A stretch of 64,000 nucleotides of DNA, from assembly GCA_010093605.1 (NCBI GenBank), contig MU004183.1:496001-560000 (forward strand). Reading direction: 5' to 3'. The notes under the pieces were generated by a model. That model saw only the letters and a program-made list of their open reading frames with translations, made no database searches and had not been told where the DNA came from. Of this stretch, positions 11,297 to 23,692 are shown one piece after another (position 1 is the stretch's first letter; every line of letters begins with the position of its first letter). The position numbers and the translations under genes were made by a program. The DNA comes from Lophium mytilinum (Eukaryota).

Positions 11297-13446
11297 ATGT
11301 CGCTCGTTAATCTGGCTTTAGTGCTGTTTTCTGCTAGTGTAGCGTTTGCGGCTAATATACCAGCTTGTAAGTCATCATACCATGTTTCCTCTACGTACAC
11401 TCTTTCAGCACTGCTTGGGGGGCTGTCATCCATTTTCAAATGTAAGAATCTGTAGAGGCTCTGTCACGGTAGGCTTTGTATCCAAATCAGAGGCGTCACT
11501 TCAGCGATGGAGTTCCTTTGACAGAAGTTTACGCACGAGAGCGATTGAAAACATACCTAGTAATCAAACAAATATGGGTCGAGTCCTGGCACCGTTTGCT
11601 GAATGAATACTGATAGCCTATAGCTTCAAGTTTCTATTCAAACTCTTCAGCTCAATCCCCAGTCACCACAATAGCACCCTCTGGAGCATCATGTTGCCTG
11701 ATCGTGCCCCAAGACGTCGGACTGAACTTCTGGTGGAACCAGTCTCTAACTATCACATACGCCACCGTTCTTACCCAGTATCTTCAATATAACAATACCG
11801 TCATTCTCAACACGACAACGATATACAATGCCTCCGCGACTCAAGGACCCGTGGTTCCGACGGACATCATCCCGGGTTACCTCATCTATTCGGAAACTTT
11901 CTTCGATATAGGTACCACTATAGATCTCAACACCACAACCCTAACGTATCCAACACCATATGTTGCTATAAACTCCGCATTTTATATCACGGGGACCTAC
12001 AGTATGTCTGCTGGGGAGCAAATGTGCCAGCAAGACCTGCAGGGCTTCGATCCCGTTAGCACCGTAATCCAATTAACAGCGGAATACGACTTCGTTCCCG
12101 CGACTTCGACGTTCTGGTCCGATGCGACTTACGTGAATGCGCCGACGCAGCTTAAAGACACGATTCTGGCAATCCCCAGCGTCACGGAGAGCTTCTTGAT
12201 GATAGCTTCGTGCTCTCTTGTGAGCGGCTCAGGGCAGCCTTCGGTACATTTGCCGGTCAGTGCGTTAACAACGCATGATTCGACGACGATCAGCGTAGGA
12301 GGATTCTTCTCCGGGTCGGTAGGCTCACCAGCGGCGCAAGTCACTCCACCCCCGATCTCGTCATCTCAGTATACTCCTCCGCCTTCTTCCGTTGGAAATG
12401 GTCCGCCTCCTCCTGCGTCTGAGAACCAGCCTAGTTCTACTCCTCCAGCCGCTTCATCGGCAGTCGGTGCGCCGACACTTCCTTCATCAGCAAATAGCGC
12501 ACTGCCCGTCTCTTCCGTAGCAATCAACGCATCTCCGGCTTCTCAAAACGAGCCGTCCTCTTCTGGAAGCATCCAAACTCCTCCACCGGTCGTCGTTATA
12601 CCTCCGGCGGGCGTATCCTCCATCCAAATAGGCTCATCCATCATGCCAGTATCGTTCGCCTCAGCCTCAGGAGGCGGCATCGTGCTTCCAGGAGGTGCTA
12701 CTCTCTCACCTGGCGCCGTAACAACGATTAACGGCGTTGGCGTATCTCTCGCACCCTCTGAAACAGCTGTCGTAATTGGTGGCTCGACGGTTATCCTCCC
12801 AGTTCCGGCTGCAGCATCTACCGTATCTGTTGTTACCATTCAGTTAGGCTCCTTTTTGATCACAGCCGCATTCGCTTCCGCGAGCGTAGGCGGTATTGTC
12901 TTCCCTGGGGGCGAGACATTTCTCCCTGGCTCTACGACCGTGGTAAATGGAGACACGATCGTGCTTGCGCCATCCGGAACAGCTTTAGTGATCGATGGTA
13001 CGGAGATGATAAAGCCGGCTCCGCTCACTCCAGCTCCAGCCCCAGCTCCCACGACGCTGTTTGTTGGCTCATCTGCTCTTCCGATCACTTACGCTACTGC
13101 TACGGGGGGAGGCGTGATATTACCCAACGGAGGAACGCTGTTACCGGGTTCAACAACCGTGTATAGTGGTGTTACGATATCGTTGATGCCATCCGAGACT
13201 GCGATTGTGGTGGCGGGTTCGACGATCCCTTTGACGCCGCCGGCGGCTACTTCGAGTGGAGTTGGTGGATATGTCCTCAGTGGCCTAGGTGGAGCAGACG
13301 GAACTAGCACTACGAGTGGAAGTGGTACTCAGATGGCTGGGTATACCGGGCTCATGGCTACGGACACCGCGGGACGGATAGGATCATTAGGACCGCTCAC
13401 CATTTTGCTAATAATAGCGGTGCTATGTGTGATCTGGACACGATAA
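11297..13446 (+). CDS. Secreted Ser/Pro/Thr-rich, mucin-like cell-wall protein, probably GPI-anchored; exons ~11297-11366, 11624-13446
   Basis: Signal peptide MSLVNLALVLFSASVAFA then GTAAGT donor; phase matches the acceptor at 11623; three repeats of GGxV(L/F)PxGxTLxPGxxTxxxGxxxxLxPSxTAxVxxG; hydrophobic C-terminus. Confidence 0.75.
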
Positions 13447-14431
13447 TGATAGATAATGTATGTATGAGTGAATGTAAAAGAAAAGGCTTCTTGCGGAACA
13501 TCATGGCGACAAATACTTTGAACTCGATTTCATGAGAAGTCTAATGACCGCAAAGACAACAAGTCGAAGATGCACTACCTGTTGCGATCTCTTGAACTGT
13601 CTCCTTGATCCAAGCTTCTGCACACTTAGTTGCCGCTGTCTGGGGTGCTCCGGCACAGCAGCAGAAATTTGACGAGATGTACAGTGCTCCAGGACGCAAT
13701 CAAGAAAGCACTCAGAGGCAACATGAGAATATGAGAAAGTCGATGTTCTTCCAAGTCGAGATCTCTAATACTCCACACCCGCAGTGCTGTATTAGGCCTA
13801 CAAAGGTAGATTTATGGAGTCACACGTCATCAGGAACAGTAAGGCCGTGGTGTGAAAAACTGCATGACATTGATGCGGTGATTCCGGATGATAGGGGAGG
13901 AAAAGCGCGTCCGGGGAGCGAAAATTCTCGCAAAAAAGCAAAAGATCAGATGCTACGCTCGCTGTTCATGGTTATGGAAGTTTCAAAGTGCAGATGCTCC
14001 TAGCCCATATATTCGATTGAAATGACGCCTGAAGGTCTCGCTGTAGAATAGTTCCACTATGTAGCATCTTCATTGTCTCGGGGATCGGTGACGAGCAATG
14101 GCAAGCCCGGGAACGAAGCAACATTCAGCCTTATCGGAGACAGCTCTGAAAAAGAAAATGCATCACCCCGCATCGTATGATTGGTGTGTGTGAAGCTCCC
14201 ACGTCGCGGTGGAACATCCATGGATCCAGAACCTCGCCCGGGAAGAGCTCACCACTCCTTCCCGACCTCCCATTTTCTTTTTATTCAACATGCACCTGGT
14301 CATTCACATCCCAAACCTTTCCACCCGCGTCTGAGCTATACTATATAGCTTCCTCGTCCACACTCCGCCCAACGACTGCATCCGACCTCCCAATTCCCCG
14401 CACCCCCAACAGCGTTCCCGAGTTCAACACC

Positions 14432-16854
14432 ATGGCCCCGACCGAGCCTCCGCCACCCCTTCCGGGCAAAAAGCGCCGCATTGGCGTCATGACCAGTGGA
14501 GGGGACGCCCCGGGCATGAATGGAGCTGTGCGAGCCGTTGTCCGCATGTCAATTGCCCAGAACTGCGAGTCCTACGTTATTCTCGAAGGCTACGAAGGCT
14601 TGGTACAAGGAGGGGATATGATCAAGGAGATGGGATGGGAAGATGTCCGGGGCTACCTCTCTGAGGGCGGAACCCTGATTGGCACGGCGCGGTGCAAGTC
14701 CTTCATGGAGAGACCTGGACGCCTGGCTGCGGCGAAGAACATGGTCTTGAAGGGCATCGATGCTCTCATCATTTGCGGAGGAGACGGTAGCTTGACCGGC
14801 GCTGACAAGTTTAGGGGAGAGTGGCCTGGACTCGTTGCAGAGCTGGTGGAGAAGGGCGACTTGACTGCTGAGCAGGTTGAGCCTTTCAAGCATCTGAACA
14901 TTGTTGGGCTGGTCGGCTCCATTGACAACGACCTGTCTATGACCGACGCGACTATTGGCTGCTACTCTTCCCTGGGACGAATATGCGAGTCGGTGGATTA
15001 CATTGACGCCACGGCTTTTTCCCATCAGCGAGCCTTCGTCATTGAGGTCATGGGAAGGCATTGCGGCTGGCTTGCTCTGATGGCAGGTGTCAGTACCGGT
15101 GCTGACTTTGTTTTTATCCCGGAAAACCCCCCCTCAGATGATTGGGAGAAGGAGATGTGTCACATCATCAAGCAGGTAGGACTTATAATCCAGCATCAGG
15201 CAAGATCAATGTGCTAAATATCACAGCACCGAGACATGGGCAAGAGAAAGACCATCGTTATCGTTGCCGAAGGTGCCATAGACCGAAGCCTAAACAAGAT
15301 TACACCCTCGATGGTTAAAGATCTCCTCACAAATCAATTGGGCTTGGACACTAGGATCACTACTTTGGGCCACGTCCAGCGAGGAGGTACTGCATGCGCG
15401 TATGATCGCATGCTTTCTACTCTACAGGGCGCCGAAGCTGTCAAGGCTGTACTGGATGCCACCCCAGAAACACCAAGCCCAGTCATTTGTATACTTGAGA
15501 ACAAGATCGTACGCAGGCCCTTGCTGGAAGCTGTGAAGCAGACCCATGAAGTAGCAGAGGCTATCGAGGCCAAGGACTTCGATCGAGCTATGAGTCTACG
15601 AGACGCAGAATTTGCCGAATACTACCAGGCTTTCAAAATCACGACCTCGTCGGATCAACCGAAACTGCGCCTCCCAGAAGACCAGGTAGATATATCTCTC
15701 AAATCGCCAACGAAAGCCCTCATACTTACAGTTTCTAGCGATTGCGGGTTGGTATCGTTCACGTCGGTGCACCAGCCGGCGGGATGAACGCAGCAACTCG
15801 AGCCGCCGTAGCATACTGCTTAGCACGAGGCCATACACCAGTCGCGATTCACAATGGCTTCCCCGGCCTACAAAGGCATCATGACGAGGGAGCAATCAAG
15901 GAGATCAGCTGGCTAGACGCAGAGAGCTGGGCCAGCAAGGGCGGTTCCGAAATTGGGACGAACCGTGGCCTACCGTCTGCAGACCTCGAAACGACCGCCA
16001 TGTGTTTCGCGAAATACAACATTCAAGCGCTCTTCCTTGTCGGTGGATTCGAAGCCTTTACTGCAGTCAGCGAACTAAGAAAAGCGAGGGAACATTACAG
16101 CTCTTTCAAGATCCCATTGGTTATTCTCCCGGCAACTGTCAGCAACAACGTCCCAGGAACCGAGTACTCGATTGGAAGTGATACCTGCTTGAACTCTTTG
16201 ATTCAGTACTGCGATGCATGTAGACAATCTGCGTCAGCCTCACGACGCCGGGTCTTCATCATCGAAACCCAAGGCGGCGCATCCGGCTACATTGCCAGCA
16301 TAGCTGGTCTCTCCATCGGCGCCCTTGCAGTCTACACCCCTGAGGAAGGCATCAACATCAAGATGCTCGACCGCGACATCGACCATCTCCGCGATACATT
16401 TGCGAAAGACAAGGGCCAGGGTCGTGCCGGCAAGATCATTCTCCGGAACGAAAAGGCATCTAAGACCTACACCACTGAAATAATCGCGAACATGATCCGC
16501 GAGGAGGCCAAGGGCCGCTTCGAGGCTCGTGTTGGTGTTCCCGGCCACTTCCAGCAGGGCACGACGCCGTCGCCGATGGACAGAGTGCGAGCGACGAGGT
16601 TCGGCGTGAAGAGTCTGCAACATATAGAGCAATTCATCGGGAAGAGCAAGGACGAGATTGCGGCTGATCCGATGAGTGCAGCGGTCATCGGTATCAAGGG
16701 AGCCAAGGTGTTGTTCTCCCCGATGGAGCAGGTGGAAACTAAGGAGACGGATTGGAAGGACCGACGACCGAAGGACGAGTTCTGGATGGACTTGAAGTCG
16801 ATCATAAACATACTGAGCGGAAGGCCGCAGGCACCGAAGGGGGAGGGAGCATAG
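14432..16854 (+). CDS. pfkA: ATP-dependent 6-phosphofructokinase; exons 14432-15175, 15227-15685, 15739-16854
   Basis: [58 protein letters not shown]; regulatory half [27 protein letters not shown]; canonical introns. Confidence 0.97.
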
Positions 16855-17280
16855 AATGAGCGCTGTAACGAAACGATGAATGATGACATTCTTTGACGGA
16901 ATGGGGGTGTTTAGCATTTGTAAAGCTAGTACAATTAAGTAACCAGTACTCATAGAGTCCATATCATATAATCCCCCTTGTATGAGAAGAGAGCGCAATA
17001 TGAAAACCAGCATCCCAATCTTTTAGCGGTCACGTGCGTTCCAATCCCTTGGACATCGATAAACTCATGGGATGAATGTGGGGTGATTCCAAATAGTATC
17101 TAAACGAGCTATCGACGAACTGCAAATTGTTCGTGGATTTCGAAACCCTGCTGTCTGCATACTACAGCCTAGCTCTATCTATCCTCGGCTTCAATTTCAA
17201 GCTCAGACGTCACACCAAAAACATCTCTCGACCTCAACACTCAAACTCCTACAGCTCTCCGCAACCACCCAATCCCCACA

Positions 17281-18477
17281 ATGGCCTCCAAACGTCTCTC
17301 CCAAACCGCCCTCCGGCCACTCCTCACCTCTACGCCCCGCACAACCCTCCCCACCACCGCGCTCCCCTCCGCCCGCCGCGCCATCTCCGCCTACGGCTAC
17401 GAACAAGCCAAAGCCCTCACCTTCACGCAATACGGCGACCCGCCCGCCGTGCTCTCCCTCCACACCCACTCCATCTCGCCCGCCCACTCCAACCTCCTCA
17501 CGCTGCGCTTCCTCGCCTCCCCCATCAACCCCGCCGACATCAACCAAATCCAAGGCGTCTACCCCTCCAAACCCACCTTCACCACCGCCCTCTCCACCCC
17601 CTCCCCCATCGCCGTCGCGGGCAACGAAGGCGTCGCCGAGGTGATCAGCGTCGGCGACAAAGTCAAAGGCTTCGCGAGGGGGGACTGGGTCATCATGAAA
17701 GCGCCGTCCTTCGGCACATGGCGGACGCACGCGCAGACGACCGCTGACGCGCTCGTGAGGCTGGAGAACCGGGATGGGATTACGGCCGTGCAGGCGGGGA
17801 CGGTTAGCATCAACCCGTGCACGGCGTACCGGATGCTGAGCGACTTCGTGAAGGTTGGGGAGGGGGAGTGGTTTGTGCAGAACGGGGCGAATAGCGGGGT
17901 GGGGCGGGCGGCGATACAGCTGGGGCGGAGCTGGGGGCTGAAGAGTATTAATGTGGTGCGGGATCGGCCGGAGGGCGTGGAGGAGCTGAAGAGGGAGTTA
18001 CAGGAGCTGGGTGCGACGGTGGTGGTTACGGAGAAGGAGTTGATGGCAAGGGAGTTTAGGGAGAGGGTGAAGGAGTGGACGAATGGGGGTAGGGAGGAGG
18101 TGAGGTTGGGGCTGAATTGTGTGGGTGGGGAGGCGGCGACGGCGATGGCGAAGATTTTGGCGCCGCATGCGCATTTTGTGACGTATGGCGCGATGTCGAA
18201 GAAGCCGTTGATGCTGCCGGCGAGTTTGTTGATTTTTAAGGATATCCATTTTGATGGGTTTTGGGTTAGTAAGTGGGCTGAGTGGCATCCGGAGGAGAAG
18301 AAGAAGACGGTGGACCATGTGTTGGAGTTGACGAGGAGGGGGGAGTTCAAGGATATGCCGTTCGAGCAGGTGCCGTGGGAGTGGGAGACGCCGGAGAGTA
18401 AGCTGATTGGGGCTGTGAAAGGGACGTTGGAGGGATTCAGGAAAGGAAAGGGAGTCTTCGTATTCAAGAACACGTAG
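17281..18477 (+). CDS. ETR1: Mitochondrial enoyl-[ACP] reductase (trans-2-enoyl-CoA reductase, MDR family)
   Basis: Arg/Ser/Thr-rich presequence; SPINPADINQIQGVY, GNEG, GTWRTH, INPCTAYRML, QNGANSGVG, TYGAMS, LIFKDIHFDGFW. Confidence 0.95.
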   Translation: MASKRLSQTALRPLLTSTPRTTLPTTALPSARRAISAYGYEQAKALTFTQYGDPPAVLSLHTHSISPAHSNLLTLRFLASPINPADINQIQGVYPSKPTFTTALSTPSPIAVAGNEGVAEVISVGDKVKGFARGDWVIMKAPSFGTWRTHAQTTADALVRLENRDGITAVQAGTVSINPCTAYRMLSDFVKVGEGEWFVQNGANSGVGRAAIQLGRSWGLKSINVVRDRPEGVEELKRELQELGATVVVTEKELMAREFRERVKEWTNGGREEVRLGLNCVGGEAATAMAKILAPHAHFVTYGAMSKKPLMLPASLLIFKDIHFDGFWVSKWAEWHPEEKKKTVDHVLELTRRGEFKDMPFEQVPWEWETPESKLIGAVKGTLEGFRKGKGVFVFKNT

Positions 18478-19024
18478 AGATGGCAATAGGAGGTGGATTG
18501 ATGGTTTAGCGGGCATGAACGGAGTTTGGGATTTCGTATGAGTACAACATACACTGTACAGTTACATATCATAGAGAGTACAGCAAACTTTGTCTGTCAC
18601 ACGAAATGAGACGGAGCCTAGAAGTAGCACATAGAAGGCGAACAAGAATTGATACTCCGAGGGCAATATCGATACCCCTTGATCCAAAGCATGTACAGAG
18701 AAACGAGTAGTAATTTGTGTGTGGAACAGCTGTACGGTTGGACTGCTTCATCGAACCAGGAATCATCAGCGATCCACGACGCCAGCACTCTTTTGAACCC
18801 ATTCTTTTCCATATCAACAACTCCTGGACACCATCCCCATAAACCTCTTATGCCAATCTCTCGAATTGCTTGTTTGGGGTATCGTGTATCCAACGAAATG
18901 AACAACCGCAAGCCATCTCTTCCATGCGGGAAACCGAGAAATATAACCCCACCCATGCCTGCCATTACTGCAATGGCTCTTTCTTAGCTAGCCTCATCAA
19001 TCTCCGCCATTCAATTCCGCCTCT

Positions 19025-19728
19025 TCACTTGATGTCCTTGAACATGTCGTCCGCGCCCATGGAGACTGCCTCTTCGCTGACACCTAGGCTTTTCAGCTCC
19101 GGGAGAGCCGGCGGAGGCGGACCCTTCTTTTCCGGTACAGGCGCCATCCTGGGCGCTGCATTCTCCTTCTCCGAATTCTCCTCCACCCGGCCAACGAACA
19201 TTGTGCTCTTCCGCCTGCCGAACCAGCTGCCGCTCTTCTTCCGGTTGAGGGACGGCCTGCTGTCCACTGTCGAAGGGCTACCAGGCCTCTCGGTCGCCGT
19301 ACTCCTCAGGCTGTCGGAGCTGCTCAGCGTGCGCAGACCTAGGAATTTGCGGACTGATGACGGCCGCTTGCCTAGACTGCTCTGAGTGGGGGAGAGGGGG
19401 GTTGGCGAGATGAGGCCGCCTTCTGTTGAAGAGTTTCCATTGGCAGCTGCGGCTTCAGCGAACGTTCCTACGGAGGGTGTAGGATGTGAGGAGAGAGGCC
19501 CTTTACCAGGAGTAGGAGGGCGAGGAGTGTCAGGCGGCGAGTCTGGGGGCGCGGGTATCGAGGTCCCATCTGTGAGGCTGAAATTGACCGGGGAGAGCTG
19601 CGCATGTTAGTCAAGGGCATCGAATGGCCACTTAGAGAGCCCGGAGAGATCCGTGGGGTTGAGGGGTCTAGGTTTCACTGCGCCAGGAATCAACGTACGG
19701 TCAGCGGGGTGTATTTGCCTTTCGCCAT
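19025..19728 (-). CDS. Pro/Ser-rich hypothetical protein; exons 19728-19699, 19597-19025
   Basis: ATG in GCCATGG context, 30-nt exon MAKGKYTPLT, GTACGT donor, CTAAC branch and CAG acceptor; continues LSPVNFSLTDGTSIPAPPDSPP into ORF 19025..19267. Confidence 0.75.
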
Positions 19729-21001
19729 GGCAGAGGGGTGTAGTGCTCCGGAGAGGAAGTGTGTTTATAATTATATATCAAGGAGGAATGATGAAGCGGT
19801 GAACGCGTTTTAGTCGTGCTAATGGATGATATAGACAGGTATCAGGAGTCGCGGCGCGGAGCACGCGGGTAACGTGGCGATTGGCTGGGAGCGAAAGACA
19901 ACCACGGCTCATGTACGTCGTAGCAATGCTGGGTGCGCCGAATGGGAGCTTATATTGGCGCTGGTGCTAATGTTGAGGGGTCCTCGAGTGTGGCTGGGCG
20001 GCGGACAGCGGAGAAAAAGAGTGGTGTTGGCTGCTCAAACTGCGGGAGGCGGTTCGTCCCAAGCTGACGCCGGAGAGAGCTACCGCTCGAATAGGGCAGG
20101 TCTAGACTAAAAGGGGTCCTCGATGCACGCTATGCCGCCTTTACCACGATAATTGCCGTATCAGGCCCTTCAATCCTTATGCAAGCTTCTCAAGCCAATA
20201 GGAGCTTTTCCTCTGCACTTCCTTCATATTTTACGGTGAATGCCAATATTTACCGCTGAAGTAAGCGACTGTAACTTTTCACGCCTCCAAGAGCGCCGCC
20301 ATCATGAACACCTGACGCTAGGCCCACCCCATCCGGTGAGGCTGAGCGTAAAAATAGCCAGCAGCTGCCTTTCGGATTAGGCCATGGCTTGCCCAGGTCT
20401 TGCCGCCATGTTGAAGAGGGGGTCGCGATTCTTTTTCGTTTCCGCCGTCTTCTTCTCTTCCAAAGCTCACATCTCACGGCCTCAGGCTACTGCCATAAGA
20501 CATTTTCCCCTGTCATTTCTAACCAGGTTCGCGGGACACCCCGCCAGTCACCAGCCTTACTCAGCCCGACGCTTGCTTCGACGGACCGGGCCATTTGGTC
20601 GCAAAAGCTAGGGTCAGGACACCCAGGCTGGTGGAACCGCTTGCTGCGAACTCCTGCGGGAGCCTCTTCACCTACTCCGCCTCTCTATAATGTTTTGCAG
20701 CTTGTTCGCGCTATCGTCATTACCCGACCCCATTACGCTCGCTTGCCTGACTTGGTCGTGTTGTGAGTTTCAGCTCTCGGCGCAACGAGGCTGAATTCAC
20801 GGACACGAAGAACCTCAAGGCACATCTGCTTTCCCAGGCTCCAGCAACCTTCATACCCCAAAACTCCTCTGATTTCTACCACCTAGTTCACGTTTGGCAT
20901 ACTGGAATACCCTCGATATCACTATACCACGTCCTCGAACCCATATAAGCTCGCTTGTGAACCGGAGATCCGATTAGGGTTGATAGTCGATCAGGCCTTC
21001 C

Positions 21002-23692
21002 ATGGAGGGCGTCCCTAATCCTTTGCGCATTGGCTCTCCAGCAGCGGAGAGGAATTATTCGAATGAGAGTTTCCCCTCACCCCTCCGAGTCGGGTCGCCT
21101 CTCGTGGAACGCCCTGGGTCGCAGCAATTCACCCGACCATCCCTCTCGCACCGTTCCACGTCCGATCGACTCTCACAGCTCTTCCCGTCTCGACCGGCCT
21201 CGGTCGCATCTATCAATACCGACCATGACTCCTCGAGACGAACGTCCTACCCATCGCCTCTCACACCCGCTGCTGAGCCATCCTATCGGATACCACGCGC
21301 ACCAGCCCCACCAACACTATACGACAGTTCTGCCTCCGATCCCTTCGATACACGTCACCCACCGCCTGAGTTGAAATCAGGAGGAACACATCGATTGTTA
21401 AGTAGGCTCACCTCGCTTCGGACTGCGCGAACGAACAAACAATACGGCGTGTTGGAAGATCAGGATGATGCCGACAGGTTGCGGAGACTCAAAGGTGTGG
21501 ATGAGGAGGATGAGGCTCTTGGTTTTGACATAAGCGCGCTCTCTGGGTCACCTATCGCTATGCGAAGCATGGAGACCGGCGGCAAGAAGATGAAGAGTAC
21601 GGCAGACTCTATTGATGCCGAGCAAGAGTTGTTGCAGGCAGGCTTTGCTGCCGAATATGATCGATTAGAAGCCCAGCCCAGATCCGCCAACGCAATTTTG
21701 GGTCTGGGAATGGGCTCGGTTGTGGAGGCACCATTTGTCCATCACCCAGGACCAGTGCATCAGCATCGCCGCGGACCGTCGAATGTAGACTCGTCCCGCG
21801 AGGATGCCCAAAAGGCCGCGGAGAAGACCGGAGAGATTTTAGCTGTCGCAGAAGTCCCACTCATGGACATCAGCAATTTGGGAGGCGCCGAGTATGAGAC
21901 TCGAAGTGTGATGAATGCGGGTACAGGAGAGGGTGATGCTCCGCAAAAAACTAGCTACTATTTCCCTCCAGGTACGTTGAGCGCTCTGGTAAGCCTGTGT
22001 ATATCTAACACTCGTCCAGATCCCGACATGCCTTCCTGGAGACCAATGTCAATGCACTGGCCGTACATATCGCTTTTGGTCGTCATTGCCCTTGCCCTTG
22101 CCGGCTTGCAGGAGTTCCTGTGCCAGCTATCGATCAAAAGAGCCAAGGATGGTAAGGGCTTGATAGAGTTCACAGCCCCTCAGGAGCTCAGCACAACGGC
22201 ATACTTCACGTGGAAGTACGCTCCAGTCTTGACATTTGTCACTTATGGTATTCTATGGCAGATCTCCGATTTCGAGGTCAAACGATTGGAGCCTTACTAT
22301 CAGCTCTCCAAGAAGACCGGTGCCACAGCTGCAGAGTCTGTGAATATGGACTACCTGACGTTCATGTCCTGGCTGGTCCCATTCAGAGCTTTGAAATACC
22401 GACAATATGCTGTCATATACTCTTCGCTAGCCACCTTGGTTTCAGGCAGTCTTGTGCCGGTCTTGCAATCCGCGTCTATCAATATGTATCCACCCAAAAA
22501 GGATCGGAAAGAAGCAGATCTAAAGTTTGTCCGGATAGTCCCTATTTGGTCCCGCCTGGTCACGGCGAGTCTGTGCTGTGTCGCCCTTTTTGGAGTCGTC
22601 CTACTCTTTCAACTACGCAGGAAGAGCGGTCTACAGTCTGATCCCAAGGGTATTGCTGGTGTCGCGGCCATGGCAACCCGAAGCCATATTCTGAACGATT
22701 TCCATGGCCTAGATACTGCGCCTCTGCATATGATCCATAAGCAGCTTCGGCACAGGCGATACATTTTACATAAAAGCTCTTTATGGCAGGGAGAGTACAT
22801 CCGTAACAGCAAAGAAAACGTCCGGGAGCACGACACGGACAGCCGACCACTTATGTTAAGGCGCAGAGCCGGCATTCCCTACATTTGTTTCTTGGTACTT
22901 TTCTTTGGTGCAATTCCCGTCTTCATGTTCGTGGATGCAGCCAATGCTGTCACTGAGAAGGTTCCTTTCCTACTCACTGCCATCGCAACCGCTGTCAAAT
23001 TGCTTTGGGGCACTCTTGACTGCGACGTGCGCATGCTGGAACCTTTCTATATCCTCTCACGCCGACGGGCACCACCGCGGACACTTACCCTCGACTACAC
23101 TGGTACTATGCCCGGCTGGCTCTCTATCAAAGCCCTTATGAATCGGCATTACATCGTCTCCATGGTTGGCTTTGGCGCCATCCTAACAGAAGTCCTGACC
23201 GTCTGCGTCTCCTCCTTCTCCGTCGACGGCAAAAAGTTCTTCCCTGGACGGGGCCACTCCCCCGAAGACAAACAAGCCGAACCCGACGACCGCTACAACT
23301 CCGACGAGACTTTCAAATCCTTCTGGGTCTCCTTCTCGCTCGTCCTTGGCATCCTCCTCTCCCTCGTCATCATTGCTAGCATCATCTACCTCCGCCGCTC
23401 TCAGAAGTTCATCCCGCGCCAGATTGGTACCATGGCCTCCGTGCTTGCCTTCATCCACCAGTCCAAGATGCTGGTCAGTTTCGTCGACACCGAGAAGATG
23501 GACAGCAAGCAGATGACCGATTATCTGGAGAGTTTGCCAAAGACATATGCGCTGGGGTGGTTCAGCGGGCGCGACGGCGAGGACCATTGCGGGATTGATG
23601 AGGAGCCGATCCTTGCTCCGTATAAGTACGGGGTGGACTGGACCAAGACGAGGGTGCTGGGGAGTCATATTGGGACATGGGAGAATTACTAG
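21002..23692 (+). CDS. Multi-pass membrane protein, DUF3433-like, with disordered N-terminus; probable intron 21972-22019
   Basis: Duplicated motif DFEVKRLEPYYQLS / DCDVRMLEPFYILS followed by (M/L)DY, as in DUF3433 proteins; many TM segments. Confidence 0.85.
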   Translation: MEGVPNPLRIGSPAAERNYSNESFPSPLRVGSPLVERPGSQQFTRPSLSHRSTSDRLSQLFPSRPASVASINTDHDSSRRTSYPSPLTPAAEPSYRIPRAPAPPTLYDSSASDPFDTRHPPPELKSGGTHRLLSRLTSLRTARTNKQYGVLEDQDDADRLRRLKGVDEEDEALGFDISALSGSPIAMRSMETGGKKMKSTADSIDAEQELLQAGFAAEYDRLEAQPRSANAILGLGMGSVVEAPFVHHPGPVHQHRRGPSNVDSSREDAQKAAEKTGEILAVAEVPLMDISNLGGAEYETRSVMNAGTGEGDAPQKTSYYFPPGTLSALVSLCISNTRPDPDMPSWRPMSMHWPYISLLVVIALALAGLQEFLCQLSIKRAKDGKGLIEFTAPQELSTTAYFTWKYAPVLTFVTYGILWQISDFEVKRLEPYYQLSKKTGATAAESVNMDYLTFMSWLVPFRALKYRQYAVIYSSLATLVSGSLVPVLQSASINMYPPKKDRKEADLKFVRIVPIWSRLVTASLCCVALFGVVLLFQLRRKSGLQSDPKGIAGVAAMATRSHILNDFHGLDTAPLHMIHKQLRHRRYILHKSSLWQGEYIRNSKENVREHDTDSRPLMLRRRAGIPYICFLVLFFGAIPVFMFVDAANAVTEKVPFLLTAIATAVKLLWGTLDCDVRMLEPFYILSRRRAPPRTLTLDYTGTMPGWLSIKALMNRHYIVSMVGFGAILTEVLTVCVSSFSVDGKKFFPGRGHSPEDKQAEPDDRYNSDETFKSFWVSFSLVLGILLSLVIIASIIYLRRSQKFIPRQIGTMASVLAFIHQSKMLVSFVDTEKMDSKQMTDYLESLPKTYALGWFSGRDGEDHCGIDEEPILAPYKYGVDWTKTRVLGSHIGTWENY

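Noticed and set aside
14177..14431. 85-aa N-terminal extension of PFK
   Set aside because: Spans a pyrimidine tract and TATA-like sequence; ACCATGG at 14432 is the more plausible start.
17559..18572. 337-aa antisense ORF
   Set aside because: Shadow of ETR1 caused by its codon bias; no recognisable motifs.
18640..18970. Further copy of the periodic array
   Set aside because: A few TTGATCC/TTTTGAACC..CCAT words, but spacing is irregular and the region is a convergent 3' UTR zone.
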